This document shows, piece after piece, positions 1-10,251 of a stretch of DNA of 64,000 nt. Positions within the stretch are counted from its first letter, which is position 1, and every line of letters starts with the position of its first letter. Location: contig CAYLVJ010000001.1 of NCBI GenBank assembly GCA_964387175.1, positions 602-64,601 on the forward strand. Reading direction: 5' to 3'. The translations under genes and the position numbers were made by a program. The notes under the pieces were generated by a model. It was not told where the DNA came from, made no database searches, and saw nothing but the letters and a program-made list of their open reading frames with translations. Source of the DNA: an uncultured Candidatus Saccharibacteria bacterium. GTDB taxonomy: Bacteria > Patescibacteriota > Minisyncoccia > Minisyncoccales > CAYTKG01.

Positions 1-1
1 C

Positions 2-256
2 AGTACACCTTGCCAGACTTACGGCGATCCTTTTATCACAGCTTCTGGATCACGTGTCAGGGACGGTATTGTTGCTACGAACCTTTTGCCTTTTGGAACG
101 AAAGTAAGAATCCCTGAAGTTTATGGAGACAGGGTTTTCGTAGTAGAAGACAGAATGCATGCTCGTAACTCTCAGAATCTGGACGTGTGGTACTCCGAGT
201 ACTGGGACGCCAAGCGTTTCGGGGTAAAACAAACCTATATTGAGGTCTTAGAATAA
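2..256 (+). CDS. 3D-domain protein (MltA/YuiC-like), 5'-truncated by window edge
   Basis: Frame-2 translation ...GSRVRDGIVATNLLPFGTKVRIPEVYGDRVFVVEDRMHA... ends at TAA 254-256; conserved Asp pattern of 3D domain. Confidence 0.5.
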   Translation, partial: STPCQTYGDPFITASGSRVRDGIVATNLLPFGTKVRIPEVYGDRVFVVEDRMHARNSQNLDVWYSEYWDAKRFGVKQTYIEVLE

Positions 257-278
257 AGGAGGTTTTCTAAAATAATAA

Positions 279-306
279 AAAGAGCCGTTTTAAACGGCTC
301 TTTTTT
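279..306. terminator. bidirectional rho-independent terminator (AAAGAGCCGTTTTAAACGGCTCTTTTTT)
   Basis: perfect GC-containing palindrome flanked by A/T tracts between a + CDS and a - tRNA. Confidence 0.5.
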
Positions 307-312
307 GTTTTG

Positions 313-384
313 TGCCGCGGGTGAGAATTGAACTCACGACCCTACGCTTTTCAAGCGTATGCTCTACCACTGAGCTACCGCGGC
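313..384 (-). tRNA. tRNA-Phe (GAA)
   Basis: reverse complement folds as cloverleaf, acceptor GCCGCGG/CCGCGGC, anticodon loop TTGAAAA. Confidence 0.85.
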
Positions 385-388
385 AGTG

Positions 389-462
389 TGGACGATGTAG
401 GACTTGAACCTACGACCTTCTGGATGTAAACCAGACGCTCTAGCCAACTGAGCTAATCGTCC
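389..462 (-). tRNA. tRNA-Val (UAC)
   Basis: cloverleaf on reverse complement, anticodon stem TCTGG/CCAGA, loop TTTACAT, T-loop GGTTCAAGTCC. Confidence 0.85.
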
Positions 463-470
463 TGTTAGGG

Positions 471-554
471 TGCCCAGGGCGGGATTTGAACCCGCACGCT
501 CGCAAGGAGCATAGGCCCTCAACCTATCGTGTATGCCAATTCCACCACCTGGGC
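471..554 (-). tRNA. tRNA-Leu (GAG), long variable arm
   Basis: acceptor GCCCAGG/CCTGGGC, anticodon loop TTGAGGG, 13-nt variable arm, T-loop GGTTCAAATCC. Confidence 0.8.
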
Positions 555-560
555 AAAATT

Positions 561-914
561 TTACTCTTTTCTTCTAAGCCTTGCCTTCTTGCCCTTTCTT
601 TCTCTAAGCCAGTAAAGCTTAGAGCTTCTTACTTTGTGTCGGTCTAAAACCTCTATTTTTTTAATAGTAGGGGAGTGGAGAGGATATATTTTTTCAATCA
701 TCGTTTTTTTGACCTCACCTCTTACAGTGATGGTGCTTCTTACTCCCTTTCCGTGTTTGCGGGCTATTACGACGCCTGCAAAGGGAGAGATTTTTTCTTT
801 TCCATCTTTGTCTTCTCCTGTTTTTCTCCAAACTCTAACTTTGTCTCCCGGACTTATTTCCGGCAGATCATCTCTTTTTTGTTTGGCTTCAAATTTTTCT
901 GTTAAGTTTGTCAT
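561..914 (-). CDS. rplS: 50S ribosomal protein L19
   Basis: 117 aa; motifs GDKVRVW, FAGVVIARKHGK, RSSKLYWLRER typical of bL19. Confidence 0.9.
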   Translation of the reverse strand: MTNLTEKFEAKQKRDDLPEISPGDKVRVWRKTGEDKDGKEKISPFAGVVIARKHGKGVRSTITVRGEVKKTMIEKIYPLHSPTIKKIEVLDRHKVRSSKLYWLRERKGKKARLRRKE

Positions 915-937
915 AAAATTGTTTAATTTTAACGAGA

Positions 938-1013
938 TGGTGGGCGGTATAGGACTTGAACCTATGACCTTCTCTACGTCAAAGAGACGCTCTAGCCAAC
1001 TGAGCTAACCGCC
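938..1013 (-). tRNA. tRNA-Val (GAC), CCA encoded
   Basis: acceptor GGGCGGT/ACCGCCC, anticodon loop TTGACGT, encoded CCA. Confidence 0.85.
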
Positions 1014-1018
1014 CGGCT

Positions 1019-1095
1019 TGGTGGGCGTGCGTGGACTCGAACCACGGACCTCTTGTTTATAAGACAAGTGCTCTCACCGACTGAGCTACACGCCC
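1019..1095 (-). tRNA. tRNA with anticodon UAU (candidate tRNA-Ile2), CCA encoded
   Basis: acceptor GGGCGTG/CACGCCC, anticodon stem CTTGT/ACAAG with loop CTTATAA giving anticodon TAT; T-loop GGTTCGAGTCC. Confidence 0.6.
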
Positions 1096-1123
1096 GGGCC
1101 GAACCATTTTAGTCTATTTAATC

Positions 1124-2980
1124 TTAACTGGTATTTAGTATTTTTTCAAATTCTTGTCTCTCAATTGTCTCTTTTTCGACCAAAACCCCAGCTAGTTTTT
1201 CAAGAATTTCTTTGTTTTCCTTCATAATTTCTTCCGTTTTTTTTCTTCCTTCAAGAAGAATATTTCTTATCTCCTTGTCTATTTTTCTGGCTGTCTCTTC
1301 AGAGTAGCTTCTTGCTCCGAACATTTTCTTTTCGAAAGAGGAGAGTCCTTCGTCTTGTTCTACAAATGATATGGGGCCTAAAGAGGACATACCGAACTGT
1401 GTAACCAACCTCTTAGCGATTTCAGTTGCTTTTCTCAGGTCATTTGCTGCTCCGGTGGTTATTTCCCCAAACTTAAAGTTTTCTGCCACGTAGCCTCCGA
1501 GAGCGGTTGATATTTCCGCTAAGAACTGGGATTTTGTGACCAATCTTTTTTCTTTTTCCGGCATTTTAAGCGTGTATCCGGCTGCTTGTCCACGGGCGAT
1601 TATGGAAACTTTTCTTACCTTTTTAGCTTCGGGAAGAAAGTGAGCAACAAGAGCGTGTCCGGCCTCATGAAAAGCGGCGATTTTCTTTTCATCTTTGCCT
1701 AAGAGGTGGCTTCTTCTTTCCGGGCCCAAGAGAACTTTTTCAATTGACTCCAAGAGTTCGTCTTGGTTTATTTCATTTTTTTCTCTTCTTGCGGCGAGTA
1801 TGGCACCTTCATTCATCAGGTTTTCCAAGTCCGCGCCTGAAAATCCGGGTGTTCTTTCTGCAATTTCCCGAAGATCTATATCCCCCGCCAAAGGTTTTTC
1901 CCTTGAGTGTATTTCTAAAACCTTTTTCCTGTCTTTGATATCGGGTAAATCGAGAGTAATCCTTCGATCAAACCTCCCCGGTCTTAAAAGGGCGTGGTCT
2001 AAAGCCTCGGGTTTGTTGGTGGCTCCCATAACTATAACACCCGATCTTTTTTCAAAACCGTCCATTTCGGTGAGAATTTGGTTTAGAGTTTGTTCTCTTT
2101 CTTCCATTCCTCCTCCTCTTAATCCCTGTCCTCTTGCTTTTCCGATGCTGTCCAACTCATCAATAAAGATAATGGCTTTGCCTGCTTTTTTTGCTTGAGA
2201 AAAGAGGTTTCTTACCCGGCTGGCTCCTACACCTACGAAAAGTTCTATAAACTCAGGTCCGGAAATGGAAAAGAAAGGGACTCCGGCTTCATTAGCCACC
2301 GCTCGAGCCAGAAGCGTCTTCCCGGTGCCTGGTGGCCCGACTAAAAGAACTCCTCGGGGTATTTGAGCCCCTATCTTGAAATATTTTTCCGGGGTTTGGA
2401 GAAAATCAACCACTTCTTTCAACTCTCTTTTTGCTTCCTGGAGCCCGGCTACATCTTCGAAAGTTGTTTCCTCTCCATCTTTTCCTCCAGCTCCGAAAAG
2501 CTTGGCCTTTGCTTTTGTGAAGTCAAAGGCGGCTGAGGTGCTGCCCTTGGCGCCTTTAATTATCTTCCAAAAGATAAAAAGTATAAGAAGAGAGGGCACT
2601 AAACTTACCAAAAGAGGAGTGAGCCACCCCCATATGTTTTGATCTTCTTCGAACTTTATTTCAACCTGTTGTAATTTTTCCTTTTCTGCCCCGATACTAA
2701 GCAAGGTTTCCGTGAAGGGCTGGTCTACTGCTTTTAAGGCCTGTTCTGTTTCTCCGTCTTTGTATTTTACCTCCAGCTTTTCTCCTGTCGAAAAAACGCT
2801 TTCTACCTTCTCCTGGTTGATGTCTTTTGCCACCTGGCTTAAAGGTATTGTTTCCTTATTTTCTCCCTGAAACAAAGAAAAAAGAACAAAAATTACCACC
2901 AAGCCTGCCAAAGCGTAGGCTATCATGGAGGTATTCTTTTCTTCTTCGTTTTTTCCTTGTTTTTGATTTAGAAACTTCAT
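1124..2980 (-). CDS. ftsH: ATP-dependent zinc metalloprotease FtsH
   Basis: 618 aa; N-terminal TM, Walker [12 protein letters not shown] region, HEAGHAL zinc motif. Confidence 0.95.
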   Translation of the reverse strand: MKFLNQKQGKNEEEKNTSMIAYALAGLVVIFVLFSLFQGENKETIPLSQVAKDINQEKVESVFSTGEKLEVKYKDGETEQALKAVDQPFTETLLSIGAEKEKLQQVEIKFEEDQNIWGWLTPLLVSLVPSLLILFIFWKIIKGAKGSTSAAFDFTKAKAKLFGAGGKDGEETTFEDVAGLQEAKRELKEVVDFLQTPEKYFKIGAQIPRGVLLVGPPGTGKTLLARAVANEAGVPFFSISGPEFIELFVGVGASRVRNLFSQAKKAGKAIIFIDELDSIGKARGQGLRGGGMEEREQTLNQILTEMDGFEKRSGVIVMGATNKPEALDHALLRPGRFDRRITLDLPDIKDRKKVLEIHSREKPLAGDIDLREIAERTPGFSGADLENLMNEGAILAARREKNEINQDELLESIEKVLLGPERRSHLLGKDEKKIAAFHEAGHALVAHFLPEAKKVRKVSIIARGQAAGYTLKMPEKEKRLVTKSQFLAEISTALGGYVAENFKFGEITTGAANDLRKATEIAKRLVTQFGMSSLGPISFVEQDEGLSSFEKKMFGARSYSEETARKIDKEIRNILLEGRKKTEEIMKENKEILEKLAGVLVEKETIERQEFEKILNTS

Positions 2981-2982
2981 TT

Positions 2983-4065
2983 TTAAGCGAATTTTAAGAT
3001 CATTCGATGTTCTTCCGGATCCAAAAGAGAGATCTTGAATTCATATTTTTCTCCGACGTCCAACTCTTCCTTCATCTTTTTTTCCGTTCCGAATTCGGAG
3101 ATATGAATCAAGCCCTGAATTTTTTCGTTGATTTTAACGAATGCTCCAAAGGGATTTAATTTGGTTACGGTTCCTTCAACCGTATCTCCCTTTTTAAACT
3201 CTTTTCCGATTTCTTCCCATGGATCTTCCTTGAGTGATTTAAGGGAAAGGGAAACTTTTCCTTGAGAGATGTCTATTATTTTAGCTTCGACTACTTCTCC
3301 CGGTTCCACCACGTCCTGCGGGTCTTCTATGAGCTGCCAGGCGAGTTCAGAGATATGTATCAAGCCCTCCATGGTTGATTTTTCCCCGCCTTCAGAGTAG
3401 GGGAATTTAATAAAGGCGCCGAAATCAACCACCCCTGTAATTTCTCCTTTTACCACGTCTCCCTCCTCATATTTTTCCAAAACCTCGGCTATTTTTTCAG
3501 AGCCCACTTCTTTTTCAGAAAGGATTAAATTATTTTCTGTCGGGTCGAGAGTAAGGACAGTAACTTCCATTTTTTCTCCTACGAAATTTTTCAACTCATC
3601 CAAGATTTTTTCCGGGTCGCCTCCTTCCACCTTTGGATAGTTTTCCGGTCTAAGCTGTGAAACGGGTAAGAATCCAGGAATGCCGGACACATAGGCGATA
3701 AGTCCTCCGCGGTTCGCTTTTGAGATTTGAACCTCCAGGGATTTTCCTTCTTCTTTTAACTTTTTTAACTTTTTCCATGCTTTTTCCTCGTGAGCTTTAG
3801 TGATGGAAAGTTCGATGAAACCGCCTTCTCCGTCTGGGTCGAGCACCTTAGCCTTAACAGTTAGTCCTTTTTTAATTTCTGTTAATTTTTTAGCTTTGAA
3901 ATATTCTTTGCCGTAGACTATACCTGTTCCAAAAGGGCTCAAGTCCACAAAAAGAGCCAATCTCTCTTGGCTTATTATTTTTCCTTTGACCATATCTCCT
4001 TCCGTCGGATAGTCGAAAAAAGGAGAAAGGTCTTCTTTTTGAAGTAAGTTTTTCATTAAATTCAT
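2983..4065 (-). CDS. S1 RNA-binding domain protein (short ribosomal protein S1-like)
   Basis: 360 aa with four S1-like repeats (G..V.G.V..I..FGAFV pattern). Confidence 0.75.
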   Translation of the reverse strand: MNLMKNLLQKEDLSPFFDYPTEGDMVKGKIISQERLALFVDLSPFGTGIVYGKEYFKAKKLTEIKKGLTVKAKVLDPDGEGGFIELSITKAHEEKAWKKLKKLKEEGKSLEVQISKANRGGLIAYVSGIPGFLPVSQLRPENYPKVEGGDPEKILDELKNFVGEKMEVTVLTLDPTENNLILSEKEVGSEKIAEVLEKYEEGDVVKGEITGVVDFGAFIKFPYSEGGEKSTMEGLIHISELAWQLIEDPQDVVEPGEVVEAKIIDISQGKVSLSLKSLKEDPWEEIGKEFKKGDTVEGTVTKLNPFGAFVKINEKIQGLIHISEFGTEKKMKEELDVGEKYEFKISLLDPEEHRMILKFA

Positions 4066-4204
4066 ATATTTTACTATAACATGAAAGTTTTCCTCTGCAA
4101 GTGATTATTTTGATAATCTTTCCTTTTGTTTTAAAATTAAAAGCAGCGGGGCGGAAATGTTTTCCTCGCTTGGTTTTTATTATTAGATTTGGTAAAATTA
4201 ATCA

Positions 4205-4813
4205 ATGGTTGTACGCATAAGAAAAGTAGAAAAGGGAAGGGTACGTCTTCTTTTTCCCTATAGAAAAGAAAGAAGAAAAAGAGTGAAGGTTATAATAGGG
4301 CCCTGGGAGGGGGATCTTAATTCTCTTTCCTCAGAAAGTGATATTCTAGCCTCTCCTATTAAACAGGACACAAAGGTCAGCAAAAGGAAAGGTGCTTTTT
4401 TAATCGATGGTCCTGGGGAGTATGAGGTGAAGGGAGTTTTTGTAACCGGTATAGAAGATTCGGGTGAGGGTGTTATTTACGCTTTTAAGACGGAAAGGAT
4501 TCAAACTTGTTTTCTTCCGGCTTTAAACAAGGAGGAGCTGGAGATAAATCAGTTGGAGAAGATGGACGACGTTCATCTTTTACTTTTTCCGCTTGACCCG
4601 GATGATTTGCCCCGGGTGAAATGGCTTAAAAACGTAGTGGCGCAAATTGAGCCCGAGATTATGGTTTTTGTTAAGCAAAACGGAGGGGAGAAAAAAATAG
4701 AAAAGTTCTTAAAAGAGATGGATATTAAAAACGGCGAGGAAGAGGAAGAGTTCAGCTTTGGAACGTCTGATTTTGAAAAGGATAAAACCAAGTACTTTAT
4801 CTTAGGTGACTGA
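4205..4813 (+). CDS. hypothetical protein (possible MBL-fold-like, no catalytic His motif seen)
   Basis: 202 aa ORF with host-like codon usage; acidic C-terminus. Confidence 0.45.
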   Translation: MVVRIRKVEKGRVRLLFPYRKERRKRVKVIIGPWEGDLNSLSSESDILASPIKQDTKVSKRKGAFLIDGPGEYEVKGVFVTGIEDSGEGVIYAFKTERIQTCFLPALNKEELEINQLEKMDDVHLLLFPLDPDDLPRVKWLKNVVAQIEPEIMVFVKQNGGEKKIEKFLKEMDIKNGEEEEEFSFGTSDFEKDKTKYFILGD

Positions 4814-5156
4814 AGAAAAGTTAAAAAAACAAGAAAATATTCTTGATAAGGTTCGGAAATGGCCGGAACTTTATCGTAAAGCCCTCTTATGGTTTCTTAT
4901 CGCTTTACTTTTCGTCGGGCTTTTTTATTTATTTCTTCTAAGGACTAAAAACAGGATTGAAAGACATTCTGGAGGAAAAATAGAAAGAAAAGAGAAGGAA
5001 GAGGTGGAAAATACGATGGGAGAAATAAAAAATGAATGGGAGATCTTGCAGGAGGAAAGTGGAGAAATTAAAAAGAGGCTTGAGGAGATGTCTGAAGAAG
5101 AAATGCAAGAAGAGATTGAAAACTTAGAAGGGGGAAGTTCCTTATTTTCAAATTAA
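4806..5156 (+). CDS. hypothetical membrane-anchored coiled-coil acidic protein
   Basis: 116 aa, one TM helix then E/K-rich segment. Confidence 0.4.
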   Translation: MTEEKLKKQENILDKVRKWPELYRKALLWFLIALLFVGLFYLFLLRTKNRIERHSGGKIERKEKEEVENTMGEIKNEWEILQEESGEIKKRLEEMSEEEMQEEIENLEGGSSLFSN

Positions 5157-5167
5157 AATAACTAAAA

Positions 5168-8100
5168 ATGCCTAAACAAAGAAAGAAAAAAAATACTGAT
5201 ATTGGGATGGTGAAGCCGCTTTCTATTGTTGAAGAAATGAAAAATTCTTATATCAGCTACGCTATGTCCGTTATTGTATCAAGAGCTCTTCCGGATGTCC
5301 GGGACGGGTTGAAGCCGGTTCAAAGAAGGATACTTTTTGCAATGGATAAGATGGGTCTTTCACCCGGCGGAAGTTTCAGGAAATCAGCCACCGTAGTAGG
5401 ATCCGTTTTAGGGAATTACCATCCTCACAGTGATACTGCGGCTTACCACGCTATGGTTAGAATGGCTCAGGATTTTTCAATGCGTTATCCACTGGTTAAA
5501 CCCCAGGGAAACTTTGGTTCTTTGGACGGGGATCCTCCGGCCAGCATGCGTTATTGTGTGACCGGGGACTCGATGGTTGTAACGGACCGCTGCACCCAAA
5601 GAATCGGCAGCATCTCGGAAGAAGAAGACGTTGATCTCAAGGTTTTGTCGTTTGGGAAAAAAATTAACGAAGCGTCTAAGCTTTTTGACTCCGGAGTTTG
5701 GCCGGTAGTTGAAGTTACAACTTCAAAAGGATACTCCCTAAAAGGTACCGAAAACCACCCCGTTTTAACCCTGCAAAAGTGTGAAGAGGGGAAACCTGTT
5801 TTTAGGTGGAAACTTTTGGGAGAAATTGAAGAAAAAGACCTTGCTGTTATAGACAGAAGCAATGTTTTGTGGCCCACGATGGAGCCGGAATTGGATAAAA
5901 TTTCAAGCAACAAAGATCTTCCTAGTCGGATGTCTCCCGAACTCTCGTTTTTCATGGGTTCACTTTTAAGCAGGGGTTTTAGCTATTGCGGCGGGGAGTC
6001 CTTAAAGGTTAGCTTAAACACAAAAGATCTTTCAGAGAAGTTCGCGGCTTGTTTTGAAGAATTGTTTCCGGGCTCCAGCTTAAAGAGGGTTGCCGATAAA
6101 AAGAAAAACTCAACCACTTTCAAGATAACCTCTCGAGATGTTGTCGGGTTTTTTAAAAAGTTAGGGCTTAGTGAGTCTTCTCCAGTGATACCCGAGGTTA
6201 TCTTAGACTCCAGACGGGAATCTGTGAGAGAGTTTGTTAAAGCCTTTTTTGAAAAAGGCCGCGGCTACTTTGTTTCAGATGAGAAACTGGCAAAAGAGCT
6301 GCAGGTTCTTTTGCTGCGGTTCGGGGTTGTCTCAAGTTTAAGCCGGGTGGAGGGAAAGGTTAAACTTTCACTGGAAGGAGAAAAAAGTGTCTCGAAAGAG
6401 AAGCCGGGTTTAAATTGGGTTCCTTTTCTTTCTTCTTACATCAAGAGAAAATATGAAAGCAAGGTTAAAGAAAAAACAAGAGATTGGCTTTTAAAATCCG
6501 ACTTTGATTCTTACGGGAAAATTAAAAATCACAAGGACAAGCTTGAAGAAATATTAGACAAGGAAGATTATAGGTTGGTAAAAGAGATTCTTGAAGGTAA
6601 TTATTGTTTTGACCGAATTGTTTCTATTGAAGAAAAAGGAGAAGAAAGAGTCTATTCCTTTAAGGTGGAAAGCGATTGTCATTCTTTCGTGTCAAATGGT
6701 TTTGTAAGTCACAACACGGAAAGCAAGCTTTCTAAGATGGGGGCTTTGATGCTGGAAGATCGCGCGAAAGACACGGTTAACATGAGTGAAAACTTTGACG
6801 GAACAAAACAAGAACCCGATGTTTTACCTTCTCCCGTTCCTCAGCTTCTTTTAAACGGCTGTCTTGGGATTGCTGTCGGAGTGGCGACTAAAATACCGCC
6901 TCACAATTTGGAGGAGTTGTGTGATGCTACCGCTCACCTTATAGACAACCCGAAATCCAACACAGAGGATCTTTTTGAGTTCATCAAGGGGCCCGATTTT
7001 CCAACTGGAGGGGTGATTTATGACCGGGAGAGTATGATAGAAACATATTCTCACGGCAACGGCGGGATTGTAGTTAGAGGAAGAGCAGAGATTGTAGAAG
7101 GACGTAAAAGAGCCCGCATCGTTATTTCAGAAATTCCTTACGGACTTCAAAAAACAAAACTTCTGCGTAAAATTGCGAAGCTGGTTCAAAAAGGAGACCT
7201 GGAAAAAATTAAAGATATAAGGGACGAGTCCGACCAGGACGGAGTCAGGGTGGTCTTGGATCTTAAAAGAGGTGCTTATCCCAAAAGAATTTTAAATCTT
7301 CTTTACAAGAAGACTCCTCTTCAGCAGACCTTTCATTTGAATATGGTGGCTTTGGAAAAAGGCATTCAACCCAAGCGTATGAGTTTGGCTGAGGTTTTAA
7401 GTCAATTCGTGGAGCATAGAAAAGAAGTAATAAGGAGAAGAACTAGATATGATAAGGACAAGGCGGAAAGAAGGGCTCACATTTTGGAGGGTTTCAGTAA
7501 AGCCATTGATGATATAGATGCGGTGATTGAAACCATTAAAGCTTCTGAAGACAGGGATGATGCTAAGAAGAATTTAATGAAAGACTTTGATCTCAGCGAA
7601 GAACAGGCGGAGGCGATACTTAATATGAGGCTTTCTTCTTTAGCCAAAATGGAAAGAAAAAATATTTTGGACGAATTGAAAGAGAAAAAAGAACTAATAG
7701 AAAGACTAACCGCTATCTTGGAAGATCCGGAAAAGGTAAGGGATATTTTTAAAGAAGAATTAGAAGAGATAAAAGAAAAATTCGGCGAGGGAAGAAGAAC
7801 CAAGGTTTTTGCAAAGAAAGCCGATGAAATATCGGCTGAAGACTTGATTCCTGAAGAAGAATGCGTTGTGGCTCTAACTCAAAAAGGGAGAATAAAAAGA
7901 GTAAGCCCCTCCAGCTACAGAGTGCAGCACAGAGGTGGCAAGGGAGTGATAGGGGCGAAGACAAAAGAAGAAGACAGGGTGGAGCATCTTGTCTTTGCCA
8001 ATACTCACGATGATATTCTTTTCTTTACCGACTCGGGCAAGGTCTTTAAAACGAAGGTTTATGAGGTGCCGGCGGCCCAAAGAACGGCGAAAGGGATTAA

Positions 8101-8779
8101 TATTATGAACTTTTTACAGATTTCTTCTGAAGATAGAATATTAGCTCTTCTTTCTCTTTCTTCTTCGGAAAAAAAGAAAAACTCTTATCTTGTTATGGCC
8201 ACCAAAGAAGGAAAAGTTAAAAAGACCGACCTGAAAGAGTTTGAAGACGTAAGAAGAAGCGGACTAATAGCCATCAATCTTAAAAAGAGAGACCTTTTGT
8301 GCGACGTGGCTAAGTGCAAAAAGAAAGAAAGTGTGTTTCTCATCAGCAGAAAAGGTAAGGCGATAAGGTTTGATCAAAAAGAAGTAAGGAGTATGGGAAG
8401 AACCGCGATGGGGGTTAAGGGAATGGATCTTGACAGTGACGACGAAGTAATAGGGATGGAGGTTGTAAAAGATGACAAAAACGAACTTTTAATTGTTACA
8501 AAAAAAGGTTTCGGTAAAAGAACCGAGATGTCGGAATACAGGGTGCAGGGAAGATCCGGCAAGGGCGTTAAAGCGGCAAATATCACCAAAAAAACCGGTT
8601 TGGTGGCTGCAGCTCGTGTTTTAACTGGGGAAGAAGAAAACCTGATGATTATTTCTGAAAAGGGGAAAGTGATAAAAACAAGAGTGAAAGATATTTCCAA
8701 GATGGGGAGGGTAACACAAGGGGTCATAATAATGAAGCTAAGAAAGGGTGATAAGGTGGCCTCGATAAGCTGCAGTTAG
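5168..8779 (+). CDS. gyrA: DNA gyrase subunit A, interrupted in-frame by an intein
   Basis: N-extein ...[16 protein letters not shown] then C...; C-extein resumes TESKLSKMG...[15 protein letters not shown]; C-terminal GyrA-box beta-pinwheel repeats. Confidence 0.95.
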   Translation: MPKQRKKKNTDIGMVKPLSIVEEMKNSYISYAMSVIVSRALPDVRDGLKPVQRRILFAMDKMGLSPGGSFRKSATVVGSVLGNYHPHSDTAAYHAMVRMAQDFSMRYPLVKPQGNFGSLDGDPPASMRYCVTGDSMVVTDRCTQRIGSISEEEDVDLKVLSFGKKINEASKLFDSGVWPVVEVTTSKGYSLKGTENHPVLTLQKCEEGKPVFRWKLLGEIEEKDLAVIDRSNVLWPTMEPELDKISSNKDLPSRMSPELSFFMGSLLSRGFSYCGGESLKVSLNTKDLSEKFAACFEELFPGSSLKRVADKKKNSTTFKITSRDVVGFFKKLGLSESSPVIPEVILDSRRESVREFVKAFFEKGRGYFVSDEKLAKELQVLLLRFGVVSSLSRVEGKVKLSLEGEKSVSKEKPGLNWVPFLSSYIKRKYESKVKEKTRDWLLKSDFDSYGKIKNHKDKLEEILDKEDYRLVKEILEGNYCFDRIVSIEEKGEERVYSFKVESDCHSFVSNGFVSHNTESKLSKMGALMLEDRAKDTVNMSENFDGTKQEPDVLPSPVPQLLLNGCLGIAVGVATKIPPHNLEELCDATAHLIDNPKSNTEDLFEFIKGPDFPTGGVIYDRESMIETYSHGNGGIVVRGRAEIVEGRKRARIVISEIPYGLQKTKLLRKIAKLVQKGDLEKIKDIRDESDQDGVRVVLDLKRGAYPKRILNLLYKKTPLQQTFHLNMVALEKGIQPKRMSLAEVLSQFVEHRKEVIRRRTRYDKDKAERRAHILEGFSKAIDDIDAVIETIKASEDRDDAKKNLMKDFDLSEEQAEAILNMRLSSLAKMERKNILDELKEKKELIERLTAILEDPEKVRDIFKEELEEIKEKFGEGRRTKVFAKKADEISAEDLIPEEECVVALTQKGRIKRVSPSSYRVQHRGGKGVIGAKTKEEDRVEHLVFANTHDDILFFTDSGKVFKTKVYEVPAAQRTAKGINIMNFLQISSEDRILALLSLSSSEKKKNSYLVMATKEGKVKKTDLKEFEDVRRSGLIAINLKKRDLLCDVAKCKKKESVFLISRKGKAIRFDQKEVRSMGRTAMGVKGMDLDSDDEVIGMEVVKDDKNELLIVTKKGFGKRTEMSEYRVQGRSGKGVKAANITKKTGLVAAARVLTGEEENLMIISEKGKVIKTRVKDISKMGRVTQGVIIMKLRKGDKVASISCS
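5555..6715 (+). mobile_element. GyrA intein (387 aa) with LAGLIDADG-type homing endonuclease domain, inserted next to active-site Tyr (gyrA-a site)
   Basis: begins Cys after MRY, block [18 protein letters not shown]-like [15 protein letters not shown] and [12 protein letters not shown], ends ...[10 protein letters not shown] followed by Thr; same junctions as the Mxe GyrA intein. Confidence 0.85.
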
Positions 8780-8824
8780 CTTGCGGGTTGAAAATCAACT
8801 AAAAAAGCGGTAAAATTAAAAAAC

Positions 8825-9337
8825 ATGTTAAATCCTAAGGATGTTTTAAGTAGAATTAAGCTGGAGAAGAACATGAAAGCGGCTGAGTTTGGTTGCGGCT
8901 CCGGCAAGTTTGCTCTTCTTTTAGCTGAGAAACTGAAGGAAGGCAAGGTTTATGGGTTTGACATTCAAAAAGAGCCACTCTCTGTTTTAGAGAAAAACGC
9001 TGATCAAAAAGGATTTTTCAATGTAGTGGGGGAAAGGTGCGACTTGGAAAAAGAAAGAGCAACTGCAAAGCCCGATGGTTTTTTTGACCTTGTTTTCATT
9101 CCCAACCTTTTGTTTCAGGTGCAAGGACAAGAAAATGTGATTAAGGAAGCCTCCAGGGTGACAAAAGCAGGCGGGACAGTGGTGGTTATAGATTGGAAAA
9201 AAGAAGCGGCCTTTGGACCTAAGGAAGGAAGAATAGACCGGGGGGAAGTTTTAGACATGGCTCAAGAAAACGGACTTACTTTAAAAAGAGAGCTTGAACC
9301 TGGATCATTTCATTTCGCATTAATTTTTGAAAAATGA
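8825..9337 (+). CDS. class I SAM-dependent methyltransferase
   Basis: motif I EFGCGSGKFALLLAE, acidic motif II, 170 aa; stop TGA overlaps next ATG (ATGA). Confidence 0.8.
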   Translation: MLNPKDVLSRIKLEKNMKAAEFGCGSGKFALLLAEKLKEGKVYGFDIQKEPLSVLEKNADQKGFFNVVGERCDLEKERATAKPDGFFDLVFIPNLLFQVQGQENVIKEASRVTKAGGTVVVIDWKKEAAFGPKEGRIDRGEVLDMAQENGLTLKRELEPGSFHFALIFEK

Positions 9338-9756
9338 AAAAGATATTTTTAATTCTTTTAATGGCTGGCTTGTTATTTTCCTTGATAAGTTATGGATTGA
9401 CATTTAGAAACTCTATTGAGGCAGAAACTTTTGAAGAGTTAATAGAAAGCGTTCTTGATTTTCTCTTTTATATCGGCTTAGCAGCAGTTCCTTTAATGGT
9501 TGTTTTGGGAGGATTTTTCATAGCTACCGCCGGGGGAGACAGTAAACGCTTTAAGAGGGGTCAAAACTTTATACTTTATGCGGTAATTGGATTAGTCGTT
9601 TTACTTTTGGCCCGGGGAATAATTGCTTTTATCAGGCATGCCATAGGTTATGAAAACGGAGAAAGTATGAGAAGGGTGAGAATTGTTAAAAAAGATGATT
9701 TATTTAAAAAAGAATTAAAAGGTCGAACTAGTAATGAAATAAAAATTGAATTATGA
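9334..9756 (+). CDS. TrbC/VirB2-like (T4SS-pilin family) small membrane protein
   Basis: signal peptide, two hydrophobic helices separated by conserved ATAGGD..F.RG motif. Confidence 0.5.
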   Translation: MKKIFLILLMAGLLFSLISYGLTFRNSIEAETFEELIESVLDFLFYIGLAAVPLMVVLGGFFIATAGGDSKRFKRGQNFILYAVIGLVVLLLARGIIAFIRHAIGYENGESMRRVRIVKKDDLFKKELKGRTSNEIKIEL

Positions 9757-10211
9757 ATAGTAAATTAATATTAGCGATTGTTTTCGCTTCTTTGTTTGTG
9801 GGTGTTGCTGGATGGATGCTTGGTCCGCAGCTTGCTATGGCCCAAGATGGGATTCCCACTTCATGTACGGTTAGAAAAGAAACCGGTATTGATGAATGTC
9901 CAGATCCAGCGGAAGATGGCACTGCTGCTGAATGTCAGTATGATTACGAAGGAGACGATTACGATGGAGGGTTGTGTGGGCTTTGTTGTACGGTAAGTAC
10001 TATTTATTATGTAATGGACATCGTTTTCATTGTCTTAATGGCAGTTGTTGTTGGCTTGGTTGTTATAGGGGCCTTTATGATAATGACCGCTGGAGGAGAT
10101 CCAGATAATTTTGGGAAAGGTCGAAAAATGATTATGTTCGCTGCCATCGGATTAGCAGTTGCCTTATTGGCAAGAGCCGTTCCTGCTTTAGTTAAGTTTA
10201 TAATTGGCTGA
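9753..10211 (+). CDS. TrbC/VirB2-like pilin paralog with Cys-rich acidic insert
   Basis: signal peptide, Cys/Asp-rich segment, then MIMTAGGDPDNFGKGRKMIMFAAIGLAVALLARAV paralogous to the upstream ORF. Confidence 0.5.
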   Translation: MNSKLILAIVFASLFVGVAGWMLGPQLAMAQDGIPTSCTVRKETGIDECPDPAEDGTAAECQYDYEGDDYDGGLCGLCCTVSTIYYVMDIVFIVLMAVVVGLVVIGAFMIMTAGGDPDNFGKGRKMIMFAAIGLAVALLARAVPALVKFIIG

Positions 10212-10216
10212 ATCCT

Positions 10217-10248
10217 TAAAGCCCTAAATTTATAGTTTAGGGCTTTCT
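10217..10248. terminator. rho-independent terminator (AAGCCCTAAATTTATAGTTTAGGGCTT)
   Basis: 10-bp inverted repeat after stop of 9753..10211. Confidence 0.5.
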
Positions 10249-10251
10249 CTG

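Noticed and set aside
50-232. 60-aa ORF on minus strand at window start
   Set aside because: Antisense shadow of the clear + strand 3D-domain reading frame ending at 256.
634-1008. Two + strand ORFs (124 and 76 aa)
   Set aside because: Low-complexity antisense of rplS, running into tRNA-Val; no coding features.
1695-2642. Several + strand ORFs inside ftsH
   Set aside because: Antisense to a strongly supported FtsH CDS.
5551-8727. Multiple minus-strand ORFs (134, 108, 117 aa etc.) inside gyrA
   Set aside because: Ser/Leu-rich antisense translations of the GyrA and intein frame.
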